Source: Acidobacteriota bacterium
Lineage (GTDB): Bacteria; Acidobacteriota; Terriglobia; Bryobacterales; Bryobacteraceae
Direction: 5' to 3'
Length of the DNA: 64,000 nt
NCBI GenBank assembly: GCA_043718395.1
Contig: JAYSVS010000211.1
Span: forward strand, 1,166-65,165
The position numbers and the translations under genes were made by a program. The notes under the pieces are model-generated. The model did not search any database, was not told where the DNA came from, and was given only the letters and a program-made list of their open reading frames with translations. How positions within the stretch are numbered: the stretch's first letter is position 1; each line of letters begins with the position of its first letter. Positions 38,160 to 49,300 of this stretch are shown piece by piece.

Positions 38160-40589
38160 ATGCTAATCCACTGGCTGATTTCGATTGCATTTTGCTGCAG
38201 GTTGTTAGCCCAGCAGCCCGGTGCCATGCACTTCGAATCAAACATTAGACCCGTGCTGGCCACAAAGTGTTTCCCCTGCCATTCTTCAAAGTTGAAGGCC
38301 CCGATGGGTGGCTTGGTGCTGGATACCAAGACCGGGATGGCCGCAGGCGGGGCAAACGGCGTAGTGATCGTTCCGGGCAAGCCTAAGGAGAGTCGATTGC
38401 TCACGGCGCTGCGATTTGACGACCCCCATTTGCAGATGCCGCCGTCTGGGAAATTGCCTGATGCGGTGATTGCCAATTTTGAAGCCTGGATTGCTTCTGG
38501 AGCAGTGGACCCGAGAACGGCCAGCGCGGTGGCTGAGAAGTCATCCGCGCTTAAAGGCATGTCAATCGAGAATGGACGCAAGTGGTGGGCCTTCCAACCA
38601 ATTTCGGAGTTGTCTGCTCCCAAGGTGCTGAATCTTCGCTGGGGCCGCAACAAGATTGATCCATTCGTGCTGGCAAAGCTTGAGGACAAAAAGATATTGC
38701 CTTCGCCGCGCGCTGGCAAGCGCACACTTGTAACGCGAGCCTATATCGATTTACTCGGTTACAAGCCAACCTACCAGGAGGTGCAGAGCTTTGCGGATGA
38801 TGTCGCCGTGGATGCCTGGGAGAAGTTGATCGACAAGTTGCAGGCGATGCCGCAGTATGGCGAGCGCTGGGGCCGCTACTGGATGGATGTGGCGCGATTT
38901 GGAGAAGATAACCCAACTTCTGAAGCTACCAATGGGCCCTATCCTTATGCGTGGCGTTATCGCGATTGGGTGATCGAGGCGATCAACCTGGATCTTCCAT
39001 ATGACCGGTTCGTGACGATGCAACTGGCAGCGGATCAGATGCCAGGTATGAAGCGGGAAGATCTGCGGGCTCTGGGCTACTTGGGTGCGGCTCCGATCTA
39101 CCACAAGGACCAGCGCCTATCGGCTGATGTGATTGGCGGCTTCATGACGGATGACTGGGACGAACGTGTGGATGCAGTGTCGCGCGGTCTGCTTGGGATG
39201 ACAATTGCGTGTGCAAGGTGTCACGACCACAAATTTGATCCGATTCCGACCAAGGACTACTACGGATTGGCGGGCGTGTTTGCCTCAACGATGCGCACCG
39301 AGCAGCCGATGTTTGAGGTGGAGCGCGAAGTTGAGACCCGCTACATGTGGGTGAAGCGGCGTCTGATTGACCTGAGCTATTCAGTAAATGTGCTGACAGG
39401 TGAGCCGTCGACCGTTATCGGTAGTGAGTCGCGCGTGGCGAAGTGGAAGCTTGAGATCGATGCGTTGAAAAAGGAGATGGAGAAGCTGCTTGAAAAGTCT
39501 CCGACCCTGATAGCAAGCCTTGCGAAATATTGGACTCCTCCTGCTTCGCGCACAAATCGTGAGGAACCCGTGAAAGGGCGTGTGCGTCCGTCGTTGACTT
39601 CGACTGAGCCATTTTTCAACACAGTGTTTGACGCCGCGCAGTATGTGGATGGGTCTGATCCGCATTACACTTTCATCAACTATAAAGTTGGTGAGTCGCG
39701 GGACTTGCCCGTGTTACGCAACGGAAATGTGGCGACTCCTGGAGAGATCGTTCCTCGTCATTTTCCATCAGTTCTTTCCAGGGGCGAAAGCAATTTCAAG
39801 AAAGGATCTGGGCGGCTGGAACTGGCCGAACGGATCTTTACCGATGCGGCACCTCTGTCGGCAAGAGTGATTGTGAACCGCGTTTGGGGATGGCATTTTG
39901 GTCGCGCGCTGGTGGGTACGCCAAGTGATTTTGGAGTTCAGGGAGAGACCCCAAGTCATCCCGGATTGCTTACCGATCTTGCTGCCAGGTTTGTTGCTCA
40001 TGGCTGGTCACTGAAGTGGTTGAACCGCGAGATTATGATGTCTGCCGCCTATCAGCAATCGAGCAGACCGCGGTCAGCGCTGATGAAATTGGATCCTGCG
40101 AATGCGCTCTATTGGAGGATGGCTCCGCGCAGGATGGATATCGAAGCATATCGGGATTCGATGTTGCGTGCTTCAGGCCGGCTTGACCCAAAGATGTACG
40201 GGCCGTCAGAGGATGTCGAGTTGCCCGGCAATGTGCGCAGGACTGTGTACGGACGGATCAGCCGTGGGCGGTTGAGTCCGTTGCTTAAGAATTACGATTT
40301 TCCAGACCCGATGCAGAGCAGTGGATGGCGTGACCAGACTACTACTTCGCTTCAACAGCTTTTCGTGTTGAACAGTTCGTTCATTTTTGATTCCGCAGTT
40401 GCGCTTGGCAAAGTGGTCAGTGGGTTACCGGCGGATGGGGACAAGGTGAAAGAATTGTACCGGCGGGTGTTGTCTCGCGATCCTGGTCCCAAAGAACTGG
40501 ATCTGGCTTTCAGCTTTCTCGCAAAGGGCAGTGTTGAGCAATACGCGCAGGTGTTGTTGTCCACCAATGAGGAGATTTTGTGGCCATGA
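38160..40589 (+). CDS. Double-CxxCH protein of PSCyt1 + DUF1549 (PSCyt2) + DUF1553 (PSD1) type
   Basis: MLIHWLISIAFCCRLLAQQ signal, then KCFPCHSSK (CxxCH) ... LQMPPSGKL. The central CARCHDHKFDPI is the second CxxCH. The protein is collinear with the paralogue at 55600-58677 but about 200 aa shorter. The ATG at 38160 was verified. Confidence 0.85.
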   Translation: MLIHWLISIAFCCRLLAQQPGAMHFESNIRPVLATKCFPCHSSKLKAPMGGLVLDTKTGMAAGGANGVVIVPGKPKESRLLTALRFDDPHLQMPPSGKLPDAVIANFEAWIASGAVDPRTASAVAEKSSALKGMSIENGRKWWAFQPISELSAPKVLNLRWGRNKIDPFVLAKLEDKKILPSPRAGKRTLVTRAYIDLLGYKPTYQEVQSFADDVAVDAWEKLIDKLQAMPQYGERWGRYWMDVARFGEDNPTSEATNGPYPYAWRYRDWVIEAINLDLPYDRFVTMQLAADQMPGMKREDLRALGYLGAAPIYHKDQRLSADVIGGFMTDDWDERVDAVSRGLLGMTIACARCHDHKFDPIPTKDYYGLAGVFASTMRTEQPMFEVEREVETRYMWVKRRLIDLSYSVNVLTGEPSTVIGSESRVAKWKLEIDALKKEMEKLLEKSPTLIASLAKYWTPPASRTNREEPVKGRVRPSLTSTEPFFNTVFDAAQYVDGSDPHYTFINYKVGESRDLPVLRNGNVATPGEIVPRHFPSVLSRGESNFKKGSGRLELAERIFTDAAPLSARVIVNRVWGWHFGRALVGTPSDFGVQGETPSHPGLLTDLAARFVAHGWSLKWLNREIMMSAAYQQSSRPRSALMKLDPANALYWRMAPRRMDIEAYRDSMLRASGRLDPKMYGPSEDVELPGNVRRTVYGRISRGRLSPLLKNYDFPDPMQSSGWRDQTTTSLQQLFVLNSSFIFDSAVALGKVVSGLPADGDKVKELYRRVLSRDPGPKELDLAFSFLAKGSVEQYAQVLLSTNEEILWP

Positions 40590-41947
40590 GACCAGAGCTT
40601 TCACGACGCAAATGGATCGAGAGTGCTTTTGGAGGATTGGGGACTCTTGGGCTGAGTTCATTGCTTGGCGCTGATACCGCGCAGGCAGCGGCACTTGGTC
40701 ATTACAAGGGGCAGCGATCACCGGGTAAGGCCAAGCGCGTGATTAGTCTGTTTCTGGCCGGTGGGCCGTCGCAGGTGGATATGTTCGATCCGAAGCCGTT
40801 GCTAGTGAAGTTTCAGGGGCAGCGGCCGGGTACAGTGGACCTGCGTACAGAACGTCAGACGGGTGGGCTGATGCCGTCCCCATTTAGTTTTGCCAAGAGG
40901 GGGAAGAGCGGTATCGATGTCAGTGAAATTCTTCCCAGGCTAGGTGAGGTAATTGATGATGTCTGCGTGATTCGATCCATGTATTCGTTCAACCCGACAC
41001 ACACCCCGAGCGTCAGTTTGTATCACACGGGTTCGATTCTGCTGAACCGGCCGTCGATCGGGTCATGGGTCTCCTATGGCCTTGGCTCGGAAAATCAGAA
41101 TCTGCCCTCGTTTGTTTCTCTGGGGGCGGGCTCGCTGGGCGGGTCTTCTGCCAGGGCGGCTTTCTTGCCGCCGGAGAATCAGGGTGCTCCTGTAAACTTC
41201 ACGGAATTGGACCCTGAGAAGATGATTCCGAACCTACGAAATGTTCATCTGGATCGCGATGCCCAGCGAAAGCAGCTAGATGCTGTGCAGGCGCTTAATA
41301 AAGGCTTTAGTGAGTCTTTTGGTGCCGATGATTATCTGGACGGGCGCATCCAGTCGATGGAAGCTGCCTACCGGATGCAGTTTGAGGCGATGGATGTTTT
41401 TGATATCCGCAAAGAGTCTGAAGCTACGCGTGCACTTTATGGAACCGGTCCGCTTGGAAACGGTTGCCTGCTGGCGCGCCGGTTGGTTGAGAAGGGCGTG
41501 CGTTACGTAAACCTCAGCTTTGGCGATTGGGATGATCACAAGGATATCGAGACCGCGTACAAGAAGAAAGTACCGGCGATGGATCAAGCTGCCGCAGCCT
41601 TGATTCAAGACCTGAAGCAGCGTGGCATGTTGGATGACACGATTGTTGTCTGGGGCGGGGAATTCGGACGGACTCCGGTTTCTGAGAGCGGCACGGGCCG
41701 CGATCACAATCCGTATGGGTTTACGATGTGGTTGGCTGGTGGTGGATTCAAAGGCGGATTGGCTCACGGGGCGACCGATGACTTCGGATTCAAGGCGGTT
41801 GAAAATCGCGTTTCAATACACGATTTGCATGCGACGATGCTCTATGCGCTTGGGCTGGATCACACGCAGTTGACCTATCGCTATGCGGGACGGGACTTCA
41901 GGCTGACTGATGTCTTTGGCAATGTGGTGAAAGAGGTTCTGGCTTAG
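40586..41947 (+). CDS. DUF1501-family protein (sulfatase/phosphatase-like fold) with a twin-arginine signal
   Basis: MRPELSRRKWIESAFGGLG carries an RR motif. CLLARRLVEKGVRYV, VVWGGEFGRTP and GRDHNPYGFTMWLAGGG are shared with the paralogue at 54205-55596. The ATG overlaps the upstream stop as ATGA (40586-40589). The ORF track uses the GTG at 40580. Confidence 0.85.
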   Translation: MRPELSRRKWIESAFGGLGTLGLSSLLGADTAQAAALGHYKGQRSPGKAKRVISLFLAGGPSQVDMFDPKPLLVKFQGQRPGTVDLRTERQTGGLMPSPFSFAKRGKSGIDVSEILPRLGEVIDDVCVIRSMYSFNPTHTPSVSLYHTGSILLNRPSIGSWVSYGLGSENQNLPSFVSLGAGSLGGSSARAAFLPPENQGAPVNFTELDPEKMIPNLRNVHLDRDAQRKQLDAVQALNKGFSESFGADDYLDGRIQSMEAAYRMQFEAMDVFDIRKESEATRALYGTGPLGNGCLLARRLVEKGVRYVNLSFGDWDDHKDIETAYKKKVPAMDQAAAALIQDLKQRGMLDDTIVVWGGEFGRTPVSESGTGRDHNPYGFTMWLAGGGFKGGLAHGATDDFGFKAVENRVSIHDLHATMLYALGLDHTQLTYRYAGRDFRLTDVFGNVVKEVLA

Positions 41948-41979
41948 CTGCGGGTATAGACTGAGAGGGATCTATTTCT

Positions 41980-44900
41980 ATGAGTCCCTTAATCATGTTG
42001 ATGCTCTTCTGTGTCGGCTGCTTTGCCGCCAGTCCTGTTGAGATCGAGCTGGAACGCCGCTTTACCAAAACGGTGAAGCCATTTATTGCCACATATTGCC
42101 TGGGTTGTCATGGCGGGCAAACGCCTGCGGCACAACTGAGTTTCGAACCCTACTCGAAGTTAGGTGAAGTTGTTCGCGACCATCCACGCTGGGCACAAGT
42201 TGCCGAGCGGTTGAAGGCTGGTGACATGCCACCCAAGGGGATGAAACATCCAGAGGTGGCGGCGAGCCAGCAGATCATCGAGTGGATTGAGACGATGAGG
42301 ATGAATGAGGCCCGGAAGCACGCAGGTGAGCCCGGGATTGTCCTGGCGCGGCGTCTGAGCAATGCCGAATACAACTATTCGATTCGGGACTTGACTGGTG
42401 TGGACATTCAACCGGCGAAGGAATTTCCAGTAGACCCGGCCAACCCGGAGGGCTTCGATAATACGGGTGAGTCGTTATCGATGTCGCCTGCACTGTTAAA
42501 CAAGTATTTGCAGGCGGCGCGTCTGGTTGCCAATCAGATAGTGCTCAAGCCGGACGGGATCGACTTTGCTCCGCATCCCATGTTGGTTGAGACGGATCGG
42601 GAGAAGTATGCCATCCAGCGGATTGTGAATTTTTATAAAGCCCAACCGACAGATTATGCTGACTACTTCATGGCGGCTTGGAGCTACAAGAATCGAGTTG
42701 CATTGGGCAAGCCGGGGGCGACACTGGCATCAGTGGCGGCTGACTACCACGTGAGTGCGAAGTATTTGCCGGTAGTGTGGCAATCGCTTGAAGGCTTAAA
42801 AGAAGAAGTGGGTCCGATGGCCAAGGTGCAGGCCATGTGGAGAGCGTTGCCGGTGCAAATGGAAGCTGCGCGCGCTGGATGTTTTGAGATGCGCGATTAT
42901 GTCGTGCGTGTACGGGCTCTGGTGGCAAAGCACTATGTAAGCCCGGTGGTGAAGGGGTTGAGTACGACATCACAGCCGCTGATGAACTGGAAGCTAAACC
43001 TGTTTGCGCAGAAGCGGCGAGACTTTGATCGCGCCGCATTGATGATGGATGGTGAGCCGTTACCTGAGGTGCCTCCGGCCCCAAAGCCTGGGGAATTCTT
43101 TGTTCGAGCCACTGGCGATAACGTGGCCAAGCAGGCGAGCGCAAAGATGATCAAGGCCCGGCTGGCTGACATGGAACCGCTGCGTGCGCCAGCCGGTGAG
43201 CGCGCCCGTTACGAAGCAGCGTTTGGACGATTTGCAAATGTATTTCCTGATGCATTCTTTGTCAGTGAGCGGGGGCGGTTTTTCCCCGATGATACACAGG
43301 ATAAGGGGCGCTTGTTAAGCGCGGGCTTCCACAACGTGATGGGTTACTTCCGCGATGATCTGCCCTTAAGGGAGATGATTCTCGATTCCAGTCAGACACG
43401 TGAACTCGAAACGCTGTGGCAGGAATTCGACTTTATCGCCGACCACACCATTCGTACCTACACGCAGTATTACTTCAATCAGAGTGGCGAGATTCTTGGC
43501 AATGGGCGTGAGTCGGGCAGCGAGCGGCCTCCAGACAAAGCAGTTACCGATCCAGGCGTGATCTTTGGATTGCGCGATCAGTATTTGGTAAAGGCGAAGT
43601 CCGATGAAACGAATGACAAAGTGGCTCTGCAAGCGATTGAGGCCCATTTCCAGCGCGTCAACGCTGACATACGGGCTGTTAAGAAATTGCGTTCCGAAGC
43701 CGAACCGCGTCATGTTGCGGCGCTCACGCAGTTTGCTGCCCGTGCTTACCGTCGCCCTCTCATGATCGTTGAGAAGAATGACCTCACTGCTTACTACAGG
43801 CAGATTCGGGACAAGAGCGGCCTGACGCACGAGGAAGCGATTCGCGATTCGGTTGTTGGGATTTTGATGTCTCCCGATTTTTGTTACCGAATCGATTTGC
43901 TGGACAACAGGATCTCCAGTGCACCAGTGAAACAACTTCCAGATTATGCGCTGGCAAGCCGGTTGAGTTTCTTTCTCTGGTCGAGTATGCCGGATCAAAA
44001 GCTGCTGCATCGAGCGGCGGCAGGGCAGCTTCGTCAGCCGGGGGTGCTCTTAGCCGAGGTGAGACGGATGCTCAAAGATGAGCGGGCCCGGCGGTTTGCT
44101 GCCGAGTTCGCCGGACACTGGCTGGATTTTCGACGATTTGAAGAACACAACGCGGTGGACCGTCAACGCTTTCCAAGCTTCACCAACGAACTGCGGCAAG
44201 CCATGTTTGAGGAACCAGTCCGGTATGTTGAGGATGTGATTCGCAACGACCGTTCGGTATTGGATCTGCTCTATGGAAAGCATACCTTCGTGACCCCGGT
44301 ACTGGCCAAACATTACGGCATGCCTGAGCTTGGTGGCAAGGCGGATCATTGGGTTCGTGTCGATGATGCGCGTAGCTATGGGCGCGGCGGATTGTTGCCG
44401 ATGGCGGTGTTTCTGACGCAGAATGCTCCGGGTCTCAGGACGAGCCCGGTCAAGCGCGGCTATTGGTTAACCAAGCGAGTATTGGGCGAAAATATTCCGC
44501 CTCCGCCTGCTTCAGTTCCAGAACTGCCTGGTGATGAAGCCAAGAGCGATTTACCGCTACGAGACATGCTGGTGAAGCATCGCGAGAACCCGAACTGTGC
44601 TGGTTGCCATGCACGCTTTGATTCGCTTGGCCTCGCGTTTGAAGGCTATGGCCCGATTGGCGAGAAGCGAAGCCTTGATCTGGCTGGGCGGCCAGTGGAT
44701 ACGCGGGCGAATTTCCCTGACGGCAGTCAGGGCGCTGGCTTCGATGGCGTGTTGAACTATGTCAATGTGAAGCGCGAAAAAGACTTTGAAGAGAATCTCT
44801 GCCGAAAGCTCCTGGCCTATGGGCTCGGGCGCTCGCTTTTGCTATCTGATGAAATTATAATAGGTCGCATGCGAAGCCGGTTGGCGGCTACGGGCAACCG

Positions 44901-44997
44901 GTTTGCGCCTTTGGTCGAGATGATTGTTACGAGTCCGCAGTTTTTGAACAAGCGTGGAGGTGAAACGGATGTCCGTCGGAAGAACGTCAGTGAATAA
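41980..44997 (+). CDS. Giant secreted double-CxxCH protein, DUF1592/DUF1595/DUF1588/DUF1587/DUF1585 type (no LamG insert)
   Basis: YCLGCHGG (CxxCH) ... GDMPPKG near the N-terminus, and NCAGCHARFDSLG (second CxxCH) near the C-terminus. The protein is collinear with 32006-35641. Confidence 0.85.
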   Translation: MSPLIMLMLFCVGCFAASPVEIELERRFTKTVKPFIATYCLGCHGGQTPAAQLSFEPYSKLGEVVRDHPRWAQVAERLKAGDMPPKGMKHPEVAASQQIIEWIETMRMNEARKHAGEPGIVLARRLSNAEYNYSIRDLTGVDIQPAKEFPVDPANPEGFDNTGESLSMSPALLNKYLQAARLVANQIVLKPDGIDFAPHPMLVETDREKYAIQRIVNFYKAQPTDYADYFMAAWSYKNRVALGKPGATLASVAADYHVSAKYLPVVWQSLEGLKEEVGPMAKVQAMWRALPVQMEAARAGCFEMRDYVVRVRALVAKHYVSPVVKGLSTTSQPLMNWKLNLFAQKRRDFDRAALMMDGEPLPEVPPAPKPGEFFVRATGDNVAKQASAKMIKARLADMEPLRAPAGERARYEAAFGRFANVFPDAFFVSERGRFFPDDTQDKGRLLSAGFHNVMGYFRDDLPLREMILDSSQTRELETLWQEFDFIADHTIRTYTQYYFNQSGEILGNGRESGSERPPDKAVTDPGVIFGLRDQYLVKAKSDETNDKVALQAIEAHFQRVNADIRAVKKLRSEAEPRHVAALTQFAARAYRRPLMIVEKNDLTAYYRQIRDKSGLTHEEAIRDSVVGILMSPDFCYRIDLLDNRISSAPVKQLPDYALASRLSFFLWSSMPDQKLLHRAAAGQLRQPGVLLAEVRRMLKDERARRFAAEFAGHWLDFRRFEEHNAVDRQRFPSFTNELRQAMFEEPVRYVEDVIRNDRSVLDLLYGKHTFVTPVLAKHYGMPELGGKADHWVRVDDARSYGRGGLLPMAVFLTQNAPGLRTSPVKRGYWLTKRVLGENIPPPPASVPELPGDEAKSDLPLRDMLVKHRENPNCAGCHARFDSLGLAFEGYGPIGEKRSLDLAGRPVDTRANFPDGSQGAGFDGVLNYVNVKREKDFEENLCRKLLAYGLGRSLLLSDEIIIGRMRSRLAATGNRFAPLVEMIVTSPQFLNKRGGETDVRRKNVSE

Positions 44998-46288
44998 GAA
45001 GATCGCGCGCCGTGCGGTGTTGCGTGGCGCGGGAGTGACGATGGCGCTGCCTTGGCTTGAATCGTTTGCAGCTTCAGCAGCAACGGCGTTTCCGAAGCGC
45101 TTTGGCGTCCTTTTTATGGGCAACGGCATCAACGAGAATCACTGGAGCGCCGAGGGCCAGGGCGCGGACATGAAACTGAGTAAGACGCTCTCTGTGCTTG
45201 AGCCGGTCAAACATAAAATCAACGTGATTGACGGCCTCTATTTAAAGATGGCGATGGGGCAGGGGATTCATCCCTCACAAACCGGTAGTCTTTTGTCTGG
45301 GGCGACGATTCATAAAGGGCCGATCATTCATGCTGGCACGACGATCGACCAGATGATTGCCAACCAGATTGGCCAGGAAACGGCACAGCAAAGTTTAGTA
45401 TTGGCTTGCGAGCAGCCGATGACCGGCTATCACGAAACGAATTTCTCGATGGCGTATAGCTCGCATATCTCGTGGCAGAGTTCGGATTCTCCAGTGCCGA
45501 ATGAAGTCTACCCGTCACTGGCCTGGGACAGCCTCTTTGAGAATCGCGGGAGCTTGCGGAACCTGAGTATTCTGGATCGCGTGAAGGACCGTGCAACAGG
45601 TCTGAGCAAGCAAATCAGTGCGACCGACAAGGCGAAGCTGGACGAATACTTGACCAGTGTTCGCGAAGTGGAGCGTCGTATTGAGAATACGCGTAAGAGC
45701 AAGGATGCGGCGGATGATGTGGCCAAGGGTAAGAATCGTCCGGCATGGACGATGGATCGCCCGGCGAATGGGCTTCCTGAGGATTTGCGCGAACATGCGC
45801 GGCTGATGTGCGACATTGTGGCGATCGCTTTTCAGACTGATAAATCGCGGGTGGCGACGTTGTTGCTGGCCCGGGATCTCTCGGCTCTTTACTATCCCTT
45901 CTTGCAAGTGAAGGAAGGTCATCATGCGGCTTCGCATGATAACGCTTCAGACGGCTATGAGCGTATTTCCCGATTCCATTTGAGCCAATTGGCGTATCTT
46001 GCCACCAAGCTGGATGCGATGCCTGAGGGAGAAGGCACAGTGCTCGACAATTCGTGCCTCATGTTCTTAAGCAATCTTTGGGTCGGCAGGCGGCATGACA
46101 ATTCGCGGCTACCTGTGATTTTGGCCGGCGGGCTCGGCGGCACACTGCAAACGGGCCGCAGTTTGAACTACTTGCAGGCCGGAAACGAAAATCGAAAGCT
46201 GTGCAGCTTGTATCTTTCCCTGATGGACCGGGTGGGCATCAAGCTGGACCGCTTTGGGGATGCTGAGAGCAGGCTCCAAAATTTCTAA
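44969..46288 (+). CDS. DUF1552-family protein with a twin-arginine signal
   Basis: MSVGRTSVNKKIARRAVLRGAGVTMALPWLE carries the Tat motif ARRAVL. LDEYLTSVREVERRI and HHAASHD are paralogous to 35660-37000. The ATG at 44969 overlaps the upstream gene by 29 nt. A GTG at 44954 is an alternative start. Confidence 0.85.
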   Translation: MSVGRTSVNKKIARRAVLRGAGVTMALPWLESFAASAATAFPKRFGVLFMGNGINENHWSAEGQGADMKLSKTLSVLEPVKHKINVIDGLYLKMAMGQGIHPSQTGSLLSGATIHKGPIIHAGTTIDQMIANQIGQETAQQSLVLACEQPMTGYHETNFSMAYSSHISWQSSDSPVPNEVYPSLAWDSLFENRGSLRNLSILDRVKDRATGLSKQISATDKAKLDEYLTSVREVERRIENTRKSKDAADDVAKGKNRPAWTMDRPANGLPEDLREHARLMCDIVAIAFQTDKSRVATLLLARDLSALYYPFLQVKEGHHAASHDNASDGYERISRFHLSQLAYLATKLDAMPEGEGTVLDNSCLMFLSNLWVGRRHDNSRLPVILAGGLGGTLQTGRSLNYLQAGNENRKLCSLYLSLMDRVGIKLDRFGDAESRLQNF

Positions 46289-46342
46289 GGCCAATGGCTT
46301 TTTCACACTTCTGTTTTAGGCTAAGCGATAAACTGTTAACTC

Positions 46343-49300
46343 ATGATCAGAGTTTTCGTTTTCCTACTGGCCACGTGGACAATTACTCTGGGGCAGGCCC
46401 CGATTGGAACGATTGCTGGCACTGTTAGCGATGATTCCGGGGCTGTTGTCGTTGGTGCGGCCATTACCGTTACCAATGTCGAGACGGGGCTGAAGCGCGA
46501 GTTGAAATCGACTGCAGAGGGGCAGTACAGTGTTGCCGCGCTTCCGGCAGGACGCTATGAAGTGAGGACTTCAATGGCCGGCTTTCGGCAGACGCTTCGT
46601 GAAGCGTCTGTAGTTGTGGGGAGCACGACCACCGTTGATATGAAGTTGCAGGTGGGTGCTGTTTCTGAAGTTGTAACGGTAGATGCCGCGACATCGCAGC
46701 TCGCCTTTGACAGCCACAAAATTGATGGCGTGATTGGGCGGACACAGATTGAATCGCTGCCCCTCAATGGCCGAAGCTTCTTGCAATTGGCTTTTCTTGA
46801 GCCTGGGGTCGGAGTAGGGACGCAAAGCCTGGCTCAGTACAATGCTCAGTTCAGTGTTTCAGTTTTAGGGTCGAGTTCTGGCAAGACGGCGCTGACCGTC
46901 GATGGTGGCAATGTGAGAAATGCGCTTGAGGGTGGGACGGCGCAGAACTTTTCGCAAGAAGTTGTAGAGGAGTTTCAGATCTCGAGTGCCAACTTCGATC
47001 TGTCGACCGGCATTGCAGCGAGCGGGGCAATCAACATCGTGTCGCGGTCCGGCGGCAATGCATTTCACGGGGGCGGCTACTTCTTTTTCCGCGACAACAA
47101 CATGTCGGCTTACCCGGCCTTGCGCCGGAATCCGTTTGCTCCAGATCCCTTCTTTGCCCGCCGGCAAAGTGGCTTCCTGGTCTCTGGCCCGATCAAGAAA
47201 GACAAGCTTTTCTTCTTCTTCAATATGGAGAACAATAACCAGGATGCGGTTGTCACGGTGCAGCCGGATTCACCCTACTTCGCCACACTTGCCCAAAACG
47301 CGAGCAATCCCTATGACGCCCGGCAGATCAGCGCGAAGTTCGATTACCGGATCAGTCAGCAACACAATATGTTTGCTCGCTACTCGCACGATGGCAACAA
47401 GGGCTTTGGGCCGCGCAGTGGTTCTCCTCTGCCTTCAAACTGGCTCGTGAATCGCAATTGGGCAGACCAGAGCATTATGGGACTCACCAGCACCTTCCGC
47501 TCGACCCTGGTGAACGACTTCCGTTTTGCTTATCAATACTGGAACAACCGCAATCTGCATCCCACCTCGAATGAGTGTCCTGGATGCTTGGGGCTGGGTT
47601 TGCCCGAGATGTCCGTCGTGGCCACAAACGTCCGGTTTGGCAATACGGCGAACGCGCCGCAGGGCCGGGATATGCGCCGGTACAACATCGTGAACAACAT
47701 GACCTGGCAAAAGGGCAGCCACCGGATGCGTTTTGGCGGCAGCTACGAGAACTCGCCATTTACGGGCTATTGGGCGTTTGGTGATCCCGCAGCGGGACAG
47801 GTCTGGGGGCCAGATATCATGGTGGCAAACCGGATTCCACTGGCAGCATTCGGGCTGCCAAATCAGTTTCTGACGAGTGCAGATGTGCTGAAGCTTCCGC
47901 TGGCGGTATTTGCCATCGGCGTGGGAGACCCTTCACAACCGCCTCCCTATCAAAAAGACAAGGCTGGCAACAATCGCCGGTATCACTTTTTTTGGCAAGA
48001 CACGTTCCGGGTGAACAAGAAGTTGACCTTGAACTATGGGTTGGCCTGGCAGTTTGAATCGACGCTGGTCAATGGCGACTTGAGCAAGCCCGCGTTGCTC
48101 GCTCCTATCATGGAGAGCCTGGAGCCGACCAAGCCAACTTATACCAACTGGACACCTTCGTTCGGCTTTGCCTACAGCCCGTTTAAAAACAATAAAACTG
48201 TGATCCGGGGCGGTGGCGGTTTTTACTACGACACGACGGAATTGTCGCAACGGCTGGGTGAGCGTGCGGCGATTGGGCCTGTAGGCAATGGCAGACAACA
48301 GTTCGGCGGACAGAGTATTCCGAACCCAGTAGCTGGAATTGTCAACCCCATTCCAGGTGTCTTGCCGAATGTGAATGTTGGAACGCCGCTGGACTTCCGC
48401 ACTCTGCCGACAGGGTTTCGGCTTTCGGACCTGCTCAACATTCTCCCGCAGGTGCGCGCTCAGGCTGAGGCTTCAACAGCAAATCCGAATCCAAATGATC
48501 TGTCGGTTCGGAATATCAATATTTCGAAGCAGGGAACGGACATTTATCCCCATCGCTATGGCCCTGGATACTCGCGTCATTTGACACTGGGTGTTCAACG
48601 GGAACTTCGCAAAGACCTTGTGATCAATGCTGATTTTGTTTACCGCCATGGCTTTCGCGAAGATCTTGGCTCCCTCGACTACAATCGATTCTTTCGCGTG
48701 CAGGGGCCAGTGATTCCTCGCTGCGTGGGCACTCAGGCGGCAGATCCAAAGGCGAATTGCTCCACGGGCTCAATTGGAGTCAGGACCCCGGCTGGCCGCT
48801 CAGTTTACCGGGCACTGCTCGTCAAAGTGGATAAGCGATTCTCGAAGCGGTATCAGTTTATGGCATCCTATGCTCTGGCTGCTGCGCAAGGTATGAATGG
48901 CATCACAAATCTTGACAACTGGTTTGAGAACTGGGGCCCGGTTGGCGGGCGTCACGCCCTGAATGTTTCGGGGATTGTGGATCTGCCCTTCAAGGTACAG
49001 GCGTCGTTCATCTCTTCGATCGGGACGCGTGGGCCTTACCGGCCCCAATTGGGCAGTGTTGATCTGGATGGAGATGGTCTGGATACGGCGTTTCTGCCGG
49101 GCTGGAATGTACCGGATCGCAAGCCAACCAGGGAGCGTCTTGAAAAGTCGGTAGCGGCCTGGAATGCGGCCTATCCGGATCTGGCAAATGGCCAGCGGCC
49201 ACGCACCTCTCGCGGGCAGACGATTCCAAAGCTGTCCTTGCCTTCTGACTATTCGTTCGGCGAAAACTTCTCATCGCAGGACATCCGGGTCACCAAGACT

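Noticed and set aside
38099-38725. A 208-aa minus-strand ORF, and similar antisense ORFs at 43366-44010, 56401-57102, 7216-7911 and 49511-50203.
   Set aside because: Each lies wholly inside a long gene with strong family motifs on the other strand, and none has a motif, a signal peptide or a plausible SD sequence.
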